Shown: positions 6,938 to 17,255 of the stretch, one piece after another
Layout: each line of letters starts with the position of its first letter
Numbering within the stretch: the stretch's first letter is position 1
Assembly (NCBI GenBank): GCA_016722635.1
Contig: JADKIX010000003.1
Coordinates: 411,543 to 475,542 of the forward strand
Length of the DNA: 64,000 nucleotides
Direction of reading: 5' to 3'
Source of the DNA: Rhodospirillaceae bacterium
GTDB taxonomy: Bacteria; Pseudomonadota; Alphaproteobacteria; JAEUKQ01
Notes under the pieces: generated by a model
Database searches by the model: none
The model's input: only the letters and a program-made list of their open reading frames with translations
What the model was told of the DNA's origin: nothing
Position numbers and translations under genes: made by a program

Positions 6938-9900
6938 CTAAACTTTTGCCGTCGTAGCGGGCCGTAAACCCAATTGTTTCAAAGAATGATCAACCCATAA
7001 AGCGGTTAATTTTTCTTGCAAGGAATTTTGCGATAGACGCCCGGATAATACTCCCCAATCCACATGATCGAGTGGTTGGTCTTGGTTGCTACAAGAAAAT
7101 ACCACTGTTTCTTTACCGGTTACCGGATCACGGTGGGTTTGCAAACATTGGGCACAGATTTCTTTCATCATACATTGCATCGGCGAATTGATGGAACCGA
7201 TGGCTTGATGGTTTTTTGAAATAAAGGGCGCCAGAATTCCGTGCCGCGCCCGGGCAACCGCCGCCATCATCCGGTCGGAACCAATGGCAATCAGCCGGTC
7301 GGTTTCCTTCATCGACAAGACCGGTGTGCCAAGACGGCCGCTGGCATAGGCCGCCATCGCTTCCACAATATTACCCACAAAACTTTTATCTTGCGGCCTT
7401 TCTGGCAAAAATCCCGGAGCTTCATCACAACACCACACCACAACATCTGCCGCGGCTTCAATTTGCTCGATCTTGTAACGGTCTTGGCGTTTTTTATATC
7501 CGGCAAAATACAAAACTTTGGTGCCAGCGGCGCGCAAGGCTGCGCCAATTGAAAACAATACCGCATTGCCAAGCCCCCCGCCCACCAAGACCGCCAGTCG
7601 TTCGGTAACAATTTCTGTAGGCGTGCCGGTTGGCCCCATGAGGACGACTTGTTCGCCCGGTTGCAGATGGGCGCATAAATCAGAAGACCCCCCCATTTCT
7701 AGGGCAATAACGGCAATCAGGCCTTTTTCGATATCCGTCCAAGCGCCCGTCATCGCCAATCCCTCCATCGCGAGTAAAGTATGGTTGGTGTATTTGGCAT
7801 AATTTTCATAATTCTGCAGGCGGTAAAACTGACCGGGCTTGAACGAGGATGCAGCCTGTGGGGCTTTTAGCACCACTTCCACAATATTTGGGGTCAACCG
7901 GTTGACGGCATGGACAATTGCCGGTAACTGCTGATTGAGTTGCTGCACCAAATCTTTCGCGGAAACGGTCGTTGGCAGGCGCTTCGATAAAATACGGCTG
8001 ACCACCGGATATCCCTGCTTGGCGCTGCCCATAGCTTTCACCACATTCCCAAAAAAAGACGGATGCAGGTCGCCAAAGAAACTGATAAACCGGCCGTCAG
8101 GATACCGTGACATCAGCATTTCGGGGACGGGTGGTTTGGCAAGCGCTTGAACCGGCTTAACCGGCAGGCCATTTGCATCAATGGCTTGGAAATAACGCCC
8201 TTCAACCTTAATGATATCGCTTTCTTCCTTGGCCAAGGTGGTATTCGGTTGGGTTCCGGCTGCAATTAAAATGCTGCGCGCAGGCAATATCTTTTCGCTA
8301 ACCCTCCCTTGTTGCTCCACTTTCACCCTTAAACCTTTGACGGCTTGGTATTCATCAACCTCAACCGCCAGCGGGGTCACCCCTTCGGCAAATTGGATCC
8401 CCTCCTCCATGGCAATCGCCACTTCCTCATGATTCAAGGTATAACTGGGGGCCTCTATCAATTGGCGCCGATAAGCAACCGTTACGCCCCCCCATGATTC
8501 AATCAAAGACTGAAATTTTGGTAACCTGTCTTGTTTTTTGGCAGCCACACGCTCAGCACGAATGGCTGCCGCATGGGATAGGAATTCTTGGGAAACAATG
8601 GCTTCTTCTGCCGTCCAGTTTTTGCGGACGGTTGTTTCCCCCAACTTGCCCACCAATATTTGGTAACGTTCGGCAAATTTCTCCACCTGCCGTACATAAT
8701 AAGCCATAGCTTCCGTAGCCGTATCAATGGCGGTCAAACCGCCACCGATCACGACGACCGGCAAGCGCAGTTGTAAATTGGCAATAGATTCATGACGGGC
8801 AGCACCCGTCAACTGCAAAGCCATTAAAAAGTCCGAAGCCATCCGCACCCCTTTCGCCAAGGCATAGGGCATCGGAATATTGGTTGGACGACCAGCGCCC
8901 GCACATAAAGCAATATGATCAAAACCTAAATTCATGGCAGCTTCTATGGTGATGGTGCCGCCAAAACGTACCCCGCCAAACAGGCTGAAATGCTCACGCC
9001 TTTCCAAAAGCAGGCGGATGATTTTTAAAAAATTCTTATTCCAACGGACGGTGATCCCATACTCAGCAACCCCGCCAAATCCCGCCAACACCCTTTTATC
9101 AAGATCTTCCTCAAGCACTTTATAATCCTGGATGGGTTCGAAAGAAATGCGCTGACCGTTATGTTGAATGCCGGATAAATTCGGCGACAGCGGTTCAATT
9201 TTCAACCCATCAACGGCCACAATGCTATGGCCATCATTCATCAGATGATGGGCAAGGGTAAAACCGGCAGGCCCCATCCCCACCACCAGTATTTTATACC
9301 CGCTCTCCGGCTTTGGCAAAGGCCGCCTGATATTTAAGGGATTCCACCGCGTTAATAAACTGTAAATTTCAAAGCCCCAGGGCAATTCCAAAACATCCTT
9401 TAAAACCCGGGTTTCCACCTGGGGGATATTGACCGGTTCTTGTTTTTGATAAATGCAGCTTTTCATGCAGTCATTGCAAATACGGTGGCCGGTTGCCGCC
9501 AGCATGGGGTTATCCACCACCGCAACCGCTAACGCTGCAACAGCGTAGCCTTGGGTTTTCAAGCTGTGCATTTCAGATATTTTTTCTTCCAAAGGGCAGC
9601 CCGTCAGGGTAACCCCGAATACGGATTTCTGAAATTCACCGGTTTTGCGGTCTCTTAACCCCTTGGAACAGGAATCTTTCCCCTGATCGTGACAAAGGAT
9701 GCAATAATGGGCTTCATCTAAAGCATGCTTTAAATCAGCACCTACATCCGTTAAAGAAAAACCATCCCGTGACCGATGTTTAGATGGCGGCAAGCGCAGC
9801 ATGCGCACCCCGTCCTTTTCTATCACATCCAGGGGGATCAGATGCTGGTGATCTAATTTATGAGGCTGATGAAATAAAATACCTTTTTGGTGACGTTTTT

Positions 9901-10516
9901 GTCCCATCGGGGTTAAGGTTGCCCAGGCCGCGTATCTTAAGGCTATATTTTTTTGGGTTTGATGGATATCTGGCTGTTTTTCCCACTCCATCACTTTGGT
10001 TGCAAAAGCCAGCTCATCCCAATCTTTACCTAGGATATCCGTTAATTGTTGGTCTAATTCCCCTACGGAGAATAAAGCAGCCTCTTCCCCTTTAAAAGCC
10101 TTGACAGCCTGCCGCTGGACAAATAGGCGTTTGCAAGCATAGAGAGGCGCCAATTGATGAGTTTGGGCTGATAAAGCTTGTAATTTGTTTTCCACACCAA
10201 ATAGTTCACCGATAAACTGCTCCAGGTAAGGGGCCAATTCAATCAGCAGATTGCTTTCTTCCAAAGGTTTAGCAGCCGCTGGATTAGCCCTGGCAGCCAA
10301 TAAGCGCCCAACCAACGGTTGCTGATGTTTTTCCAGATACTCCATAAAAGCGTGATCCAATTTGATGATGCCGGTACGATCATAAAGGTCAAGGAATTGA
10401 AGACCGCCAGCAAGCTTTAATTGCCGAACCGACGACGGCAACTGCCTCACATTCGTTTTCGTATTTTTCATCATTCCATCCTTTTTATCTGCACCCACAG
10501 CAACTGAATATTTCAT
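6938..10516 (-). CDS. Large (1192 aa) multidomain FAD/NAD(P)-binding oxidoreductase with a GltD-like (glutamate synthase small-subunit-like) domain and CxxC Fe-S motifs
   Basis: Dinucleotide-binding GMGPAGFTLAHHL and a second Rossmann motif. CILCHDQGKDSC and CNDCMKSC cysteine clusters. An N-terminal region of about 330 aa has no assigned domain. Confidence 0.5.
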   Translation of the reverse strand: MKYSVAVGADKKDGMMKNTKTNVRQLPSSVRQLKLAGGLQFLDLYDRTGIIKLDHAFMEYLEKHQQPLVGRLLAARANPAAAKPLEESNLLIELAPYLEQFIGELFGVENKLQALSAQTHQLAPLYACKRLFVQRQAVKAFKGEEAALFSVGELDQQLTDILGKDWDELAFATKVMEWEKQPDIHQTQKNIALRYAAWATLTPMGQKRHQKGILFHQPHKLDHQHLIPLDVIEKDGVRMLRLPPSKHRSRDGFSLTDVGADLKHALDEAHYCILCHDQGKDSCSKGLRDRKTGEFQKSVFGVTLTGCPLEEKISEMHSLKTQGYAVAALAVAVVDNPMLAATGHRICNDCMKSCIYQKQEPVNIPQVETRVLKDVLELPWGFEIYSLLTRWNPLNIRRPLPKPESGYKILVVGMGPAGFTLAHHLMNDGHSIVAVDGLKIEPLSPNLSGIQHNGQRISFEPIQDYKVLEEDLDKRVLAGFGGVAEYGITVRWNKNFLKIIRLLLERREHFSLFGGVRFGGTITIEAAMNLGFDHIALCAGAGRPTNIPMPYALAKGVRMASDFLMALQLTGAARHESIANLQLRLPVVVIGGGLTAIDTATEAMAYYVRQVEKFAERYQILVGKLGETTVRKNWTAEEAIVSQEFLSHAAAIRAERVAAKKQDRLPKFQSLIESWGGVTVAYRRQLIEAPSYTLNHEEVAIAMEEGIQFAEGVTPLAVEVDEYQAVKGLRVKVEQQGRVSEKILPARSILIAAGTQPNTTLAKEESDIIKVEGRYFQAIDANGLPVKPVQALAKPPVPEMLMSRYPDGRFISFFGDLHPSFFGNVVKAMGSAKQGYPVVSRILSKRLPTTVSAKDLVQQLNQQLPAIVHAVNRLTPNIVEVVLKAPQAASSFKPGQFYRLQNYENYAKYTNHTLLAMEGLAMTGAWTDIEKGLIAVIALEMGGSSDLCAHLQPGEQVVLMGPTGTPTEIVTERLAVLVGGGLGNAVLFSIGAALRAAGTKVLYFAGYKKRQDRYKIEQIEAAADVVVWCCDEAPGFLPERPQDKSFVGNIVEAMAAYASGRLGTPVLSMKETDRLIAIGSDRMMAAVARARHGILAPFISKNHQAIGSINSPMQCMMKEICAQCLQTHRDPVTGKETVVFSCSNQDQPLDHVDWGVLSGRLSQNSLQEKLTALWVDHSLKQLGLRPATTAKV

Positions 10517-10728
10517 TGATCAGCATCAGCAAAAAAATTTATTTATTTCGCTTACTCACCTATATAAAGAAATGAAAGAAATTTAAAGAAAATCCTTTCA
10601 ATAATTTTTCTTATGGATAAAAGATAATAATGTGAAAGAAAAAATATTCTAAGCCAGATGATAAATGATGGTTTCAAAGCAAAACCCATCTTACGAATTT
10701 CATTCGTCCAATCATAAAGGTTATAAGC

Positions 10729-11121
10729 ATGCCGCCTGGCGTTACAATTTTAGAAGACATTATCGGGAAAGGACCTGAAGTCCAACGGCACCGATTTTAT
10801 CGCATGTCATTGTCAATCTGGCTCAATCAAAGGGAACCGCTCATATGGTCACAGTCCCCTCGATTTATGGCGTTTGGCCTTTCCGATACAAGCCAAATTT
10901 CGGAAGATGGTTGCGCCCTAACCACAGATTACCGGCTTGACCGGGAATTTCTTTTCGAGGGCTTATGCCAAGGTATCCAAGGAATGCGAATAGGCGGAAA
11001 AAAGATTTTGAGAATTGCGCCTTTTTTAGCCTACCGTAACCAGGGGGTAGAAAAAATAATTCCCCCGAACGCTTCATTAAAAGTTGAAATCATCATCCAC
11101 GGGGAAAGGAAAATACCGTAA
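10729..11121 (+). CDS. FKBP-type peptidyl-prolyl cis-trans isomerase
   Basis: ILEDIIGKGPEV...GMRIGGKKILRIAP.LAY...IPPNASLKVEI is FKBP-domain-like. 130 aa. Confidence 0.55.
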   Translation: MPPGVTILEDIIGKGPEVQRHRFYRMSLSIWLNQREPLIWSQSPRFMAFGLSDTSQISEDGCALTTDYRLDREFLFEGLCQGIQGMRIGGKKILRIAPFLAYRNQGVEKIIPPNASLKVEIIIHGERKIP

Positions 11122-11212
11122 AATACGTTAACCAAGGGATTAAAATGTTCTCACAAGAACAATGATAACAATGAATAAAGCGAGAAGCTTCAGGAAGTTT
11201 GCTGGTCAATAT

Positions 11213-11289
11213 TGGTGTCCTCGGCGCGACTCGAACGCGCGGCCTACAATTTAGGAAACTGTTGCTCTATCCACCTGAGCTACGAGGAC
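11213..11289 (-). tRNA. tRNA-Arg (anticodon CCT)
   Basis: The reverse complement folds as a 77-nt cloverleaf (GTCCTCG acceptor, TTCGAGT T-loop, anticodon loop TTCCTAA) ending in CCA. Confidence 0.85.
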
Positions 11290-11460
11290 ATGATCAATCA
11301 CGTTTTAGCTTGATCTTTATAACAAAAAAATTCCTTAATAAGCAAGTGCCTGATTAACTGTTTTTACCGTCCCATCAACAATTTTTATCTGCAATTTTTT
11401 CTAGAATTGCTAGAATGCGGTGGTTTCAATGATGTTATTTTTGACTAGGAAATACATGCA

Positions 11461-12183
11461 ATGCCTGAAGTAACCGCCCATATTGCGTTGATTGATGATG
11501 ATAAAAACATTTTACAAAGCCTCTCTATCTTCCTGAAACAACAAGGATTTGATGTGAGTTGCTTTAGTGATGGCCGAGAAGCCTTACATAGCCTTGTGCG
11601 CGAGCCTATGGATCTGGTCATTTTAGATATTAAAATGCCGGTTTTGGATGGCATGAAGCTTTTACAAAAATTGCGTCAACAGTCGCTAACGCCAGTCATT
11701 TTCCTGACGTCTAAGGATGAGGAAGCGGATGAAGTCGCGGGCTTGCAAATCGGGGCGGATGATTATATCCGTAAGCCTTTCTCACAGCGCTTGTTACTCG
11801 AGAGAATCCGCGCAGTCCTTCGCCGTCATCAACCTTTGCCTTTACAATCCATTGCCGCTACCGAACATAATCATCATGAGAAAATAGTTATCAAGGGATC
11901 CTTAACCTTAAATCCGGCACGACACAGCTGCGCTTGGAAAAACCAGCCGGTTCCCTTGACCGTCAGTGAGTTTTTGTTGCTGAAATTACTCGCAGCCTTC
12001 CCAGGCCACGTTAAGACCCGTGATCAATTGATTGATACCGCCTACGGTCAAGATTATTATGCCGATGACCGCACTATTGACAGTCACATTAAAAGAATCA
12101 GGCATAAATTTAAGAAAATTGACAGTAGTTTCGATCAAATTGAAACCCTGTACGGGTTGGGATATCGCTATAAAATAGAGTAA
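11461..12183 (+). CDS. chvI: OmpR-family response regulator, ChvI/BvrR-like
   Basis: Receiver domain (ALIDDD...DLVILDIKMP) plus a winged-helix C-terminus. Followed by the chvG-like kinase. Confidence 0.85.
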   Translation: MPEVTAHIALIDDDKNILQSLSIFLKQQGFDVSCFSDGREALHSLVREPMDLVILDIKMPVLDGMKLLQKLRQQSLTPVIFLTSKDEEADEVAGLQIGADDYIRKPFSQRLLLERIRAVLRRHQPLPLQSIAATEHNHHEKIVIKGSLTLNPARHSCAWKNQPVPLTVSEFLLLKLLAAFPGHVKTRDQLIDTAYGQDYYADDRTIDSHIKRIRHKFKKIDSSFDQIETLYGLGYRYKIE

Positions 12184-12223
12184 CCTTTAAAATAACTGAT
12201 ATTCGGGAAAGATTGCCCCCTTC

Positions 12224-13873
12224 ATGCTAAAATTTCTGACAAAGATAAATTTTAAAAATCGGCGATCGAGGCTATCCCGACGCATATTACTGATTAACTT
12301 GCTTGCCTTACTGATCCCGCTGATTGGTATTTTGCAAACCAATAAATATCGGCAAACTTTAATTGAACGGGAAGAAAATGTTTTGGAAACCGACGCCAAG
12401 ATCTTCGCTGCAGCCTTGGCCAGTACTGCCATTATTTGGGGTGAATTTGGCGAAGAACGTTTATCGCCTGAGCTTGCACTCGCCGCGCTCAAACGTTTAG
12501 AAAGCATATCGGGGCATCGGGCCAGGCTATTTGTTCCAGGTGGGATATTGATTACCGATACCGCAGGGACTTCTTTTGCCAGCAATTCCATCCAAATAGA
12601 AGTCCTGCCTGACCCATCCTCCCTGGGTGATTTCAACGATCTGCTGAATTCCCTTTCCTCTTTCATGTCATATTTAACGTTTGAAAATCAAAAACTGGAA
12701 ATGTACCAGGAATTCCCCATCCAAACCGCTAGCAATTATCCCGAGGTTGTCCAAGCCCTTGATGGCCAAAACAGCCATATGGTACGCCAAAACAGCTCCG
12801 GGCAATTAATTTTAACGGCGGCTGTCCCGGTCCAGCTTTACAGGCGCGTGCTAGGGGCTCTTTTATTATCCACGGATGGCAGCAATATTTCCTTGGCAAT
12901 ACGGCGTTTCCACATGGATATTTTGTTGGTTTTTTTGATCAGCCTGTCCGTGACCACCCTTTTATCGTTTATTTTGTCACAGACCATTGCAAGACCCATC
13001 CATCAATTGGCAAAAGCGGCTGAAGAAGTGCAAATACTATATTCCTCGCCAGGCAAGCCAGACCGAAGAAGACGCCAATTGACAGCGGCCTCTATCTTAT
13101 CGTCTGCTGTGCCTCATTTAACACATCGACGGGATGAAATCGGCTATTTATCCTTATCGTTGCAACGGATGACGGAAGCCTTGCGAGATCAAATCGACAA
13201 TATGGAACGTTTCGTAGCCGATGTTTCCCATGAATTCCGCAACCCCTTAACTTCCATGCGTAGCGCTTTAGAAAATTTGGCACGGACACCGCTTGCGGAG
13301 GCCGACCAAAAAATGATTTCTATCGTTCAAGAAGATATCGGCAGGCTCGATCGCCTAATCCACGATATTGCCGAATCATGCCGGTTGGATGCCGAATTTT
13401 CTAAAACTCCGCCTGAATTGTTTGATTTATGCCATTTGCTTAACACATTTGTCCAAATTAACAGACAGGTTAGCGCCCAAGCTTTCATAATCCATGTTCC
13501 ACCTACTCCATTACCGGTTTACGGCCACCGGAATCGATTGGCCCAAGTTTTACAAAATTTGGTTGAGAACGCCCAATCCTTTAGCCCGGAAAATGGAAAA
13601 ATTTATCTCAACGCAGGATCCACCAAATCGGATATATGGTTTTCCGTTGGCGATGACGGGCCGGGCATTGCGGAAGAAAATCTTGAAAAAATCTTTGAAC
13701 GATTCTTTTCGTTGCGGCCCAACCAGGAGAAATTCGGTACACATTCAGGCCTGGGATTAAGCATATGCCGCCAAATAATTGAGGCCCATGGCGGCTGGAT
13801 TGTTGCTCAAAACCGCTCCCCTGATGGCTCCCAGGCAGGGGCCGTTTTTACCGTTACCTTACCTGCAATTTAG
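12224..13873 (+). CDS. chvG: Sensor histidine kinase, ChvG/ExoS/BvrS-like
   Basis: Two transmembrane segments and a periplasmic domain. HisKA H-box VSHEFRNPLTSM. HATPase motifs (GDDGPGIAEE, GLGLSICRQII). Confidence 0.85.
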   Translation: MLKFLTKINFKNRRSRLSRRILLINLLALLIPLIGILQTNKYRQTLIEREENVLETDAKIFAAALASTAIIWGEFGEERLSPELALAALKRLESISGHRARLFVPGGILITDTAGTSFASNSIQIEVLPDPSSLGDFNDLLNSLSSFMSYLTFENQKLEMYQEFPIQTASNYPEVVQALDGQNSHMVRQNSSGQLILTAAVPVQLYRRVLGALLLSTDGSNISLAIRRFHMDILLVFLISLSVTTLLSFILSQTIARPIHQLAKAAEEVQILYSSPGKPDRRRRQLTAASILSSAVPHLTHRRDEIGYLSLSLQRMTEALRDQIDNMERFVADVSHEFRNPLTSMRSALENLARTPLAEADQKMISIVQEDIGRLDRLIHDIAESCRLDAEFSKTPPELFDLCHLLNTFVQINRQVSAQAFIIHVPPTPLPVYGHRNRLAQVLQNLVENAQSFSPENGKIYLNAGSTKSDIWFSVGDDGPGIAEENLEKIFERFFSLRPNQEKFGTHSGLGLSICRQIIEAHGGWIVAQNRSPDGSQAGAVFTVTLPAI

Positions 13874-13982
13874 AAAGATATTGCTTCAACATTTGAAATA
13901 GAATTATTTTGTCGCAAAAAACCTATGGATCATTGATAATCTGGTGAAATTTTAAGCAAAAACTAAATAAAAGATTTCCTGC

Positions 13983-14876
13983 ATGCCCCCATCAAGCACG
14001 TTACAAAACCATCCCATCATTATCGTGACAAGCCTTTCCGGTGCCGGGCGAAGCACCGCATTAAAAGCCTTTGCGGATATGGGCTTTTATGTGGTTGATA
14101 ATTTGCCCATGACTTTCTTGCAAGCTTTCAGTTACGAAAATAACGAATCATTATCCCATAGCCCTTTTGCCCTGGGCATTGATAGCCGGACCATCGGTTT
14201 TTCCTCGCATCTCTTACAAGAAGTTATTGGCCGCTTAAAAGCCAAAGAAGGCTTTGATGTACGTCTTTTATACTTGGATTGCGATAATGATGTGTTGGTC
14301 CGGCGCTTTACGGAAACGCGACGCCGTCACCCCTTGGCCTCCGATCGTCCCGTTATGGATGGCATTATCCAAGAACGCGCGTTACTGGCGCCACTCAAAG
14401 ACCAAGCGGATTTGGTGATTGATACTTCCGCGTTATTGGCGGTTGATTTAAAAGAAAAATTGCGCCAATTTGGCAGCCTGGTATTAGGTTCATCCTTAGC
14501 CATCACAAAAATGTCGATCCACTTGACATCATTTTCCTATCGACACGGATTGCCGCGTGATGCAGATTTGGTTTGGGATTTGCGCTTTTTGCGTAACCCT
14601 CATTACCAAGAATCAATCCGTCATTTAAGTGGGCAAACGAAAATGGTGCAAGCCTATATTCAAGCAGATCCTTTATATGAACAATTTTTTCAATCTTTAA
14701 AAACCCAACTTTTGATCCTGTTACCGGCCTTTGAACATGAAGGGAAAAGTTATTTGAACATTGCATTGGGTTGCACCGGGGGTAAACACCGTTCTGTTTT
14801 TATAGCGGAAGCATTGTCAAATTGGCTGCTTAGCCAAGGCTATCAGCCGACGATAAAACATCGAGACTTAGGGTGA
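13983..14876 (+). CDS. rapZ: RapZ/YhbJ-like P-loop nucleotide-binding regulator
   Basis: Walker A GAGRSTALKAF and VDNLP motifs. 297 aa. Confidence 0.75.
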   Translation: MPPSSTLQNHPIIIVTSLSGAGRSTALKAFADMGFYVVDNLPMTFLQAFSYENNESLSHSPFALGIDSRTIGFSSHLLQEVIGRLKAKEGFDVRLLYLDCDNDVLVRRFTETRRRHPLASDRPVMDGIIQERALLAPLKDQADLVIDTSALLAVDLKEKLRQFGSLVLGSSLAITKMSIHLTSFSYRHGLPRDADLVWDLRFLRNPHYQESIRHLSGQTKMVQAYIQADPLYEQFFQSLKTQLLILLPAFEHEGKSYLNIALGCTGGKHRSVFIAEALSNWLLSQGYQPTIKHRDLG

Positions 14877-14925
14877 GCATTTTGCTAATATCCCGAAGAT
14901 TCGGTATTAGTTTCAGGAGAGGTAT

Positions 14926-15351
14926 ATGATCGGGATTGTTTTGATAACCCACGGAAAGTTAGCTTTAGAGTTTTTCAGCACGTTAGAACATGTAGCAGGT
15001 CCACAGGAAAATATTAAATGTGTCTGTATCGCCAGCGCCGATAATATGGAGCATAAGCGCCAAGAAATCCAGCAAACCATTCAATCCGTCAATCTGGGTC
15101 AAGGGGTCATTGTATTAACCGATATGTTTGGTGGTGTTCCATCCAACCTGGCTATTTCTATCATGGAACAAGAACCGATTGAGGTTATTGCTGGGATTAA
15201 TTTACCGATGCTCGTGAAATTAACCCGCATAAGGCAAAGCGGTTCTTTAATTGAGGCAGCCACCGCTGCCCAAGAAGAAGGTCGCAAATATATCAATATT
15301 GCGTCCCAAGTTCTTAATAATCGAAAAGCAACCCTACCCTTGGTAAAATGA
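14926..15351 (+). CDS. PTS EIIA component, mannose family
   Basis: MIGIVLITHGKLA N-terminus with the phospho-His, typical of EIIA-Man. 141 aa. Confidence 0.8.
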   Translation: MIGIVLITHGKLALEFFSTLEHVAGPQENIKCVCIASADNMEHKRQEIQQTIQSVNLGQGVIVLTDMFGGVPSNLAISIMEQEPIEVIAGINLPMLVKLTRIRQSGSLIEAATAAQEEGRKYINIASQVLNNRKATLPLVK

Positions 15352-15611
15352 TTATAATCTTAAAAATTCTTAATAAACGCGGCTTACACGCCAGGGCTGC
15401 CGGAAAATTCGTCAAGACTGCGGGCTTGTTTGCCAGTGAAATTGTCGTTTTAAAGAATGGGCTTGAAGCTTCTGGGCAATCCATCATGGAATTACTGATG
15501 TTAAATGCCGGGCAGGATGACCAGATCACGATTAAAGCTGAGGGGGTGGACGCGGAGCAGGCGGCACTTGCCTTGAAAACACTGATCGAAAATAAATTCA
15601 GCGAAGATTAA
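15348..15611 (+). CDS. HPr-family phosphocarrier protein (NPr)
   Basis: 87 aa. GLHARAAGKF active-site His motif. The ATGA start overlaps the EIIA stop. Confidence 0.85.
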   Translation: MIIILKILNKRGLHARAAGKFVKTAGLFASEIVVLKNGLEASGQSIMELLMLNAGQDDQITIKAEGVDAEQAALALKTLIENKFSED

Positions 15612-15756
15612 GGCAATCAAATGCCTTCTTCGGAAATAATGATCGCCGTATTTTGCCTTTCCCAAGCAAAAAAAGTTTCTTGTTTTTTATTTCATTTCCC
15701 CCTACTGCTATATCAACTACTGACCCGCACTTGCATGCACATAAAGGAAGAAATCA

Positions 15757-17052
15757 ATGATGAAAAAAACTGATTATAAAGTGGCTGATCTGTCTTTGGC
15801 AGAATGGGGCCGGCGCGAAATCAGTATTGCTGAAACGGAAATGCCGGGATTAATGGCTTTAAGGCAAGAATATGCAGCCCAGTCCCCCTTGAAAGGCGCT
15901 AAAATTACTGGTTGCTTGCATATGACCATCCAAACAGCAGTCCTCATTGAAACATTGGTTAAATTAGGGGCAGAAATACGGTGGAGTTCCTGCAATATTT
16001 TTTCAACCCAAAATCATGCCGCCGCCGCCATTGCAGCCGCTGGCATCCCGGTATTTGCTTGGAAAGGGATGAGTGAGGAGGAATATTGGTGGTGTGTGGA
16101 ACAAACCATTACCGGCCCCAATCAATGGACGCCGAATTTATTGCTGGATGATGGGGGTGATTTAACCCAGGTTTTGCATGAGAAATATCCACAATTGTTG
16201 AAAAACATTAAGGGGGTTTCAGAAGAAACCACAACCGGAGTACGCCGTTTATATGAAATGGCTAGCCAGAAAAAATTGGCAATTCCTGCCATGGATGTCA
16301 ATAGCTCCGTCACCAAATCAAAATTTGATAATTTATACGGCTGCCGCGAAAGCCTGATTGACGGTATCAAGCAAGCGACAGGGGTAATGTTGGCCGGAAA
16401 AGTAGCGGTAGTTTGCGGTTTTGGCGATGTCGGCAAAGGTTGTGCCAGTTCTTTAAGAGGCCAAGGCGCCCGCGTTATCATAACGGAAATTGATCCTATT
16501 TGCGCCCTGCAAGCTGCCATGGAAGGATACCAGGTGACAACGCTTGAAGACGTGGCCGGTTATGCGGATATTTTTGTGACTGCCACCGGAAATGTGGATA
16601 TCATCACGCTCGATCATATGCGCAACATGAAAGACCGGGCGATTGTTTGCAACATCGGGCATTTTGACCAAGAAATCCAGATTGATGCCCTTAGGAATTA
16701 CCGGTGGGAAGAAGTGAAGCCGCAAGTTGATGAAGTGGTCTTCCCGGACGGCAAAAGATTGATTGTTTTAGCTAAAGGGCGTTTAGTTAATTTAGGCTGT
16801 GCCAGCGGACACCCAAGTTTTGTGATGAGTACATCCTTTACCAACCAGGTGTTAGCGCAAATCGAATTATGGCAGAACCACAAAAACTATACGAAAAACG
16901 TTTTCACGTTACCAAAAAAACTAGATGAAAAAGTGGCGGCCCTCCATTTGGCAAAAATTGGGGTTAAATTGACAACCCTGAATAAAAAACAGGCTGATTA
17001 CATTAATGTCCCAGTTAAAGGGCCGTTTAAACCAGAAAGCTATCGCTACTAA
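15757..17052 (+). CDS. ahcY: Adenosylhomocysteinase
   Basis: 431 aa. [12 protein letters not shown], a GxGxxG NAD-binding site and conserved C-terminal motifs. Confidence 0.95.
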   Translation: MMKKTDYKVADLSLAEWGRREISIAETEMPGLMALRQEYAAQSPLKGAKITGCLHMTIQTAVLIETLVKLGAEIRWSSCNIFSTQNHAAAAIAAAGIPVFAWKGMSEEEYWWCVEQTITGPNQWTPNLLLDDGGDLTQVLHEKYPQLLKNIKGVSEETTTGVRRLYEMASQKKLAIPAMDVNSSVTKSKFDNLYGCRESLIDGIKQATGVMLAGKVAVVCGFGDVGKGCASSLRGQGARVIITEIDPICALQAAMEGYQVTTLEDVAGYADIFVTATGNVDIITLDHMRNMKDRAIVCNIGHFDQEIQIDALRNYRWEEVKPQVDEVVFPDGKRLIVLAKGRLVNLGCASGHPSFVMSTSFTNQVLAQIELWQNHKNYTKNVFTLPKKLDEKVAALHLAKIGVKLTTLNKKQADYINVPVKGPFKPESYRY

Positions 17053-17070
17053 TGATTGCTGCAGAATCTA

Positions 17071-17101
17071 GGGTTGATAAAATTCCATTTTTATCAACCC
17101 C
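17071..17101 (+). terminator. Rho-independent terminator downstream of ahcY
   Basis: 12-bp stem GGGTTGATAAAA/TTTTATCAACCC with a 5-nt loop. Confidence 0.55.
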
Positions 17102-17255
17102 GTCTTATGAGTAACCTGCTTTACCCGCATGCCTTATCTTTGTGAGATACAAGCTGGCAATCAGGCAAATTCCTTTTTAAAGATTGCGGTTGCTCCCACA
17201 TTTTGTTACCATTTTGTTAACTCTATTCATTACTTGGCCATAAGGTTACCCGCCC

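Noticed and set aside
7241-10095. Numerous 60-103-aa ORFs antisense to or nested within the 1192-aa oxidoreductase gene (and similar ones inside addA, mutL, ccmF, rpsA and dnaX)
   Set aside because: They overlap long, well-supported genes, lack RBSs and domains, and are typical GC-skew artefacts.
10517-10728. AT-rich GAAA-repeat-containing divergent intergenic region as a possible regulatory array
   Set aside because: Only loose A-rich periodicity with no clear direct or inverted repeats. Ordinary low-GC promoter DNA.
15612-15756. Possible SAH riboswitch in the ahcY 5' leader
   Set aside because: The conserved SAH-riboswitch elements (GAGGAGCGCUGC and the AGGCUCGG / ACGGCGCUCAC pairing) are not present. 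The only structure seen is a short hairpin after npr.
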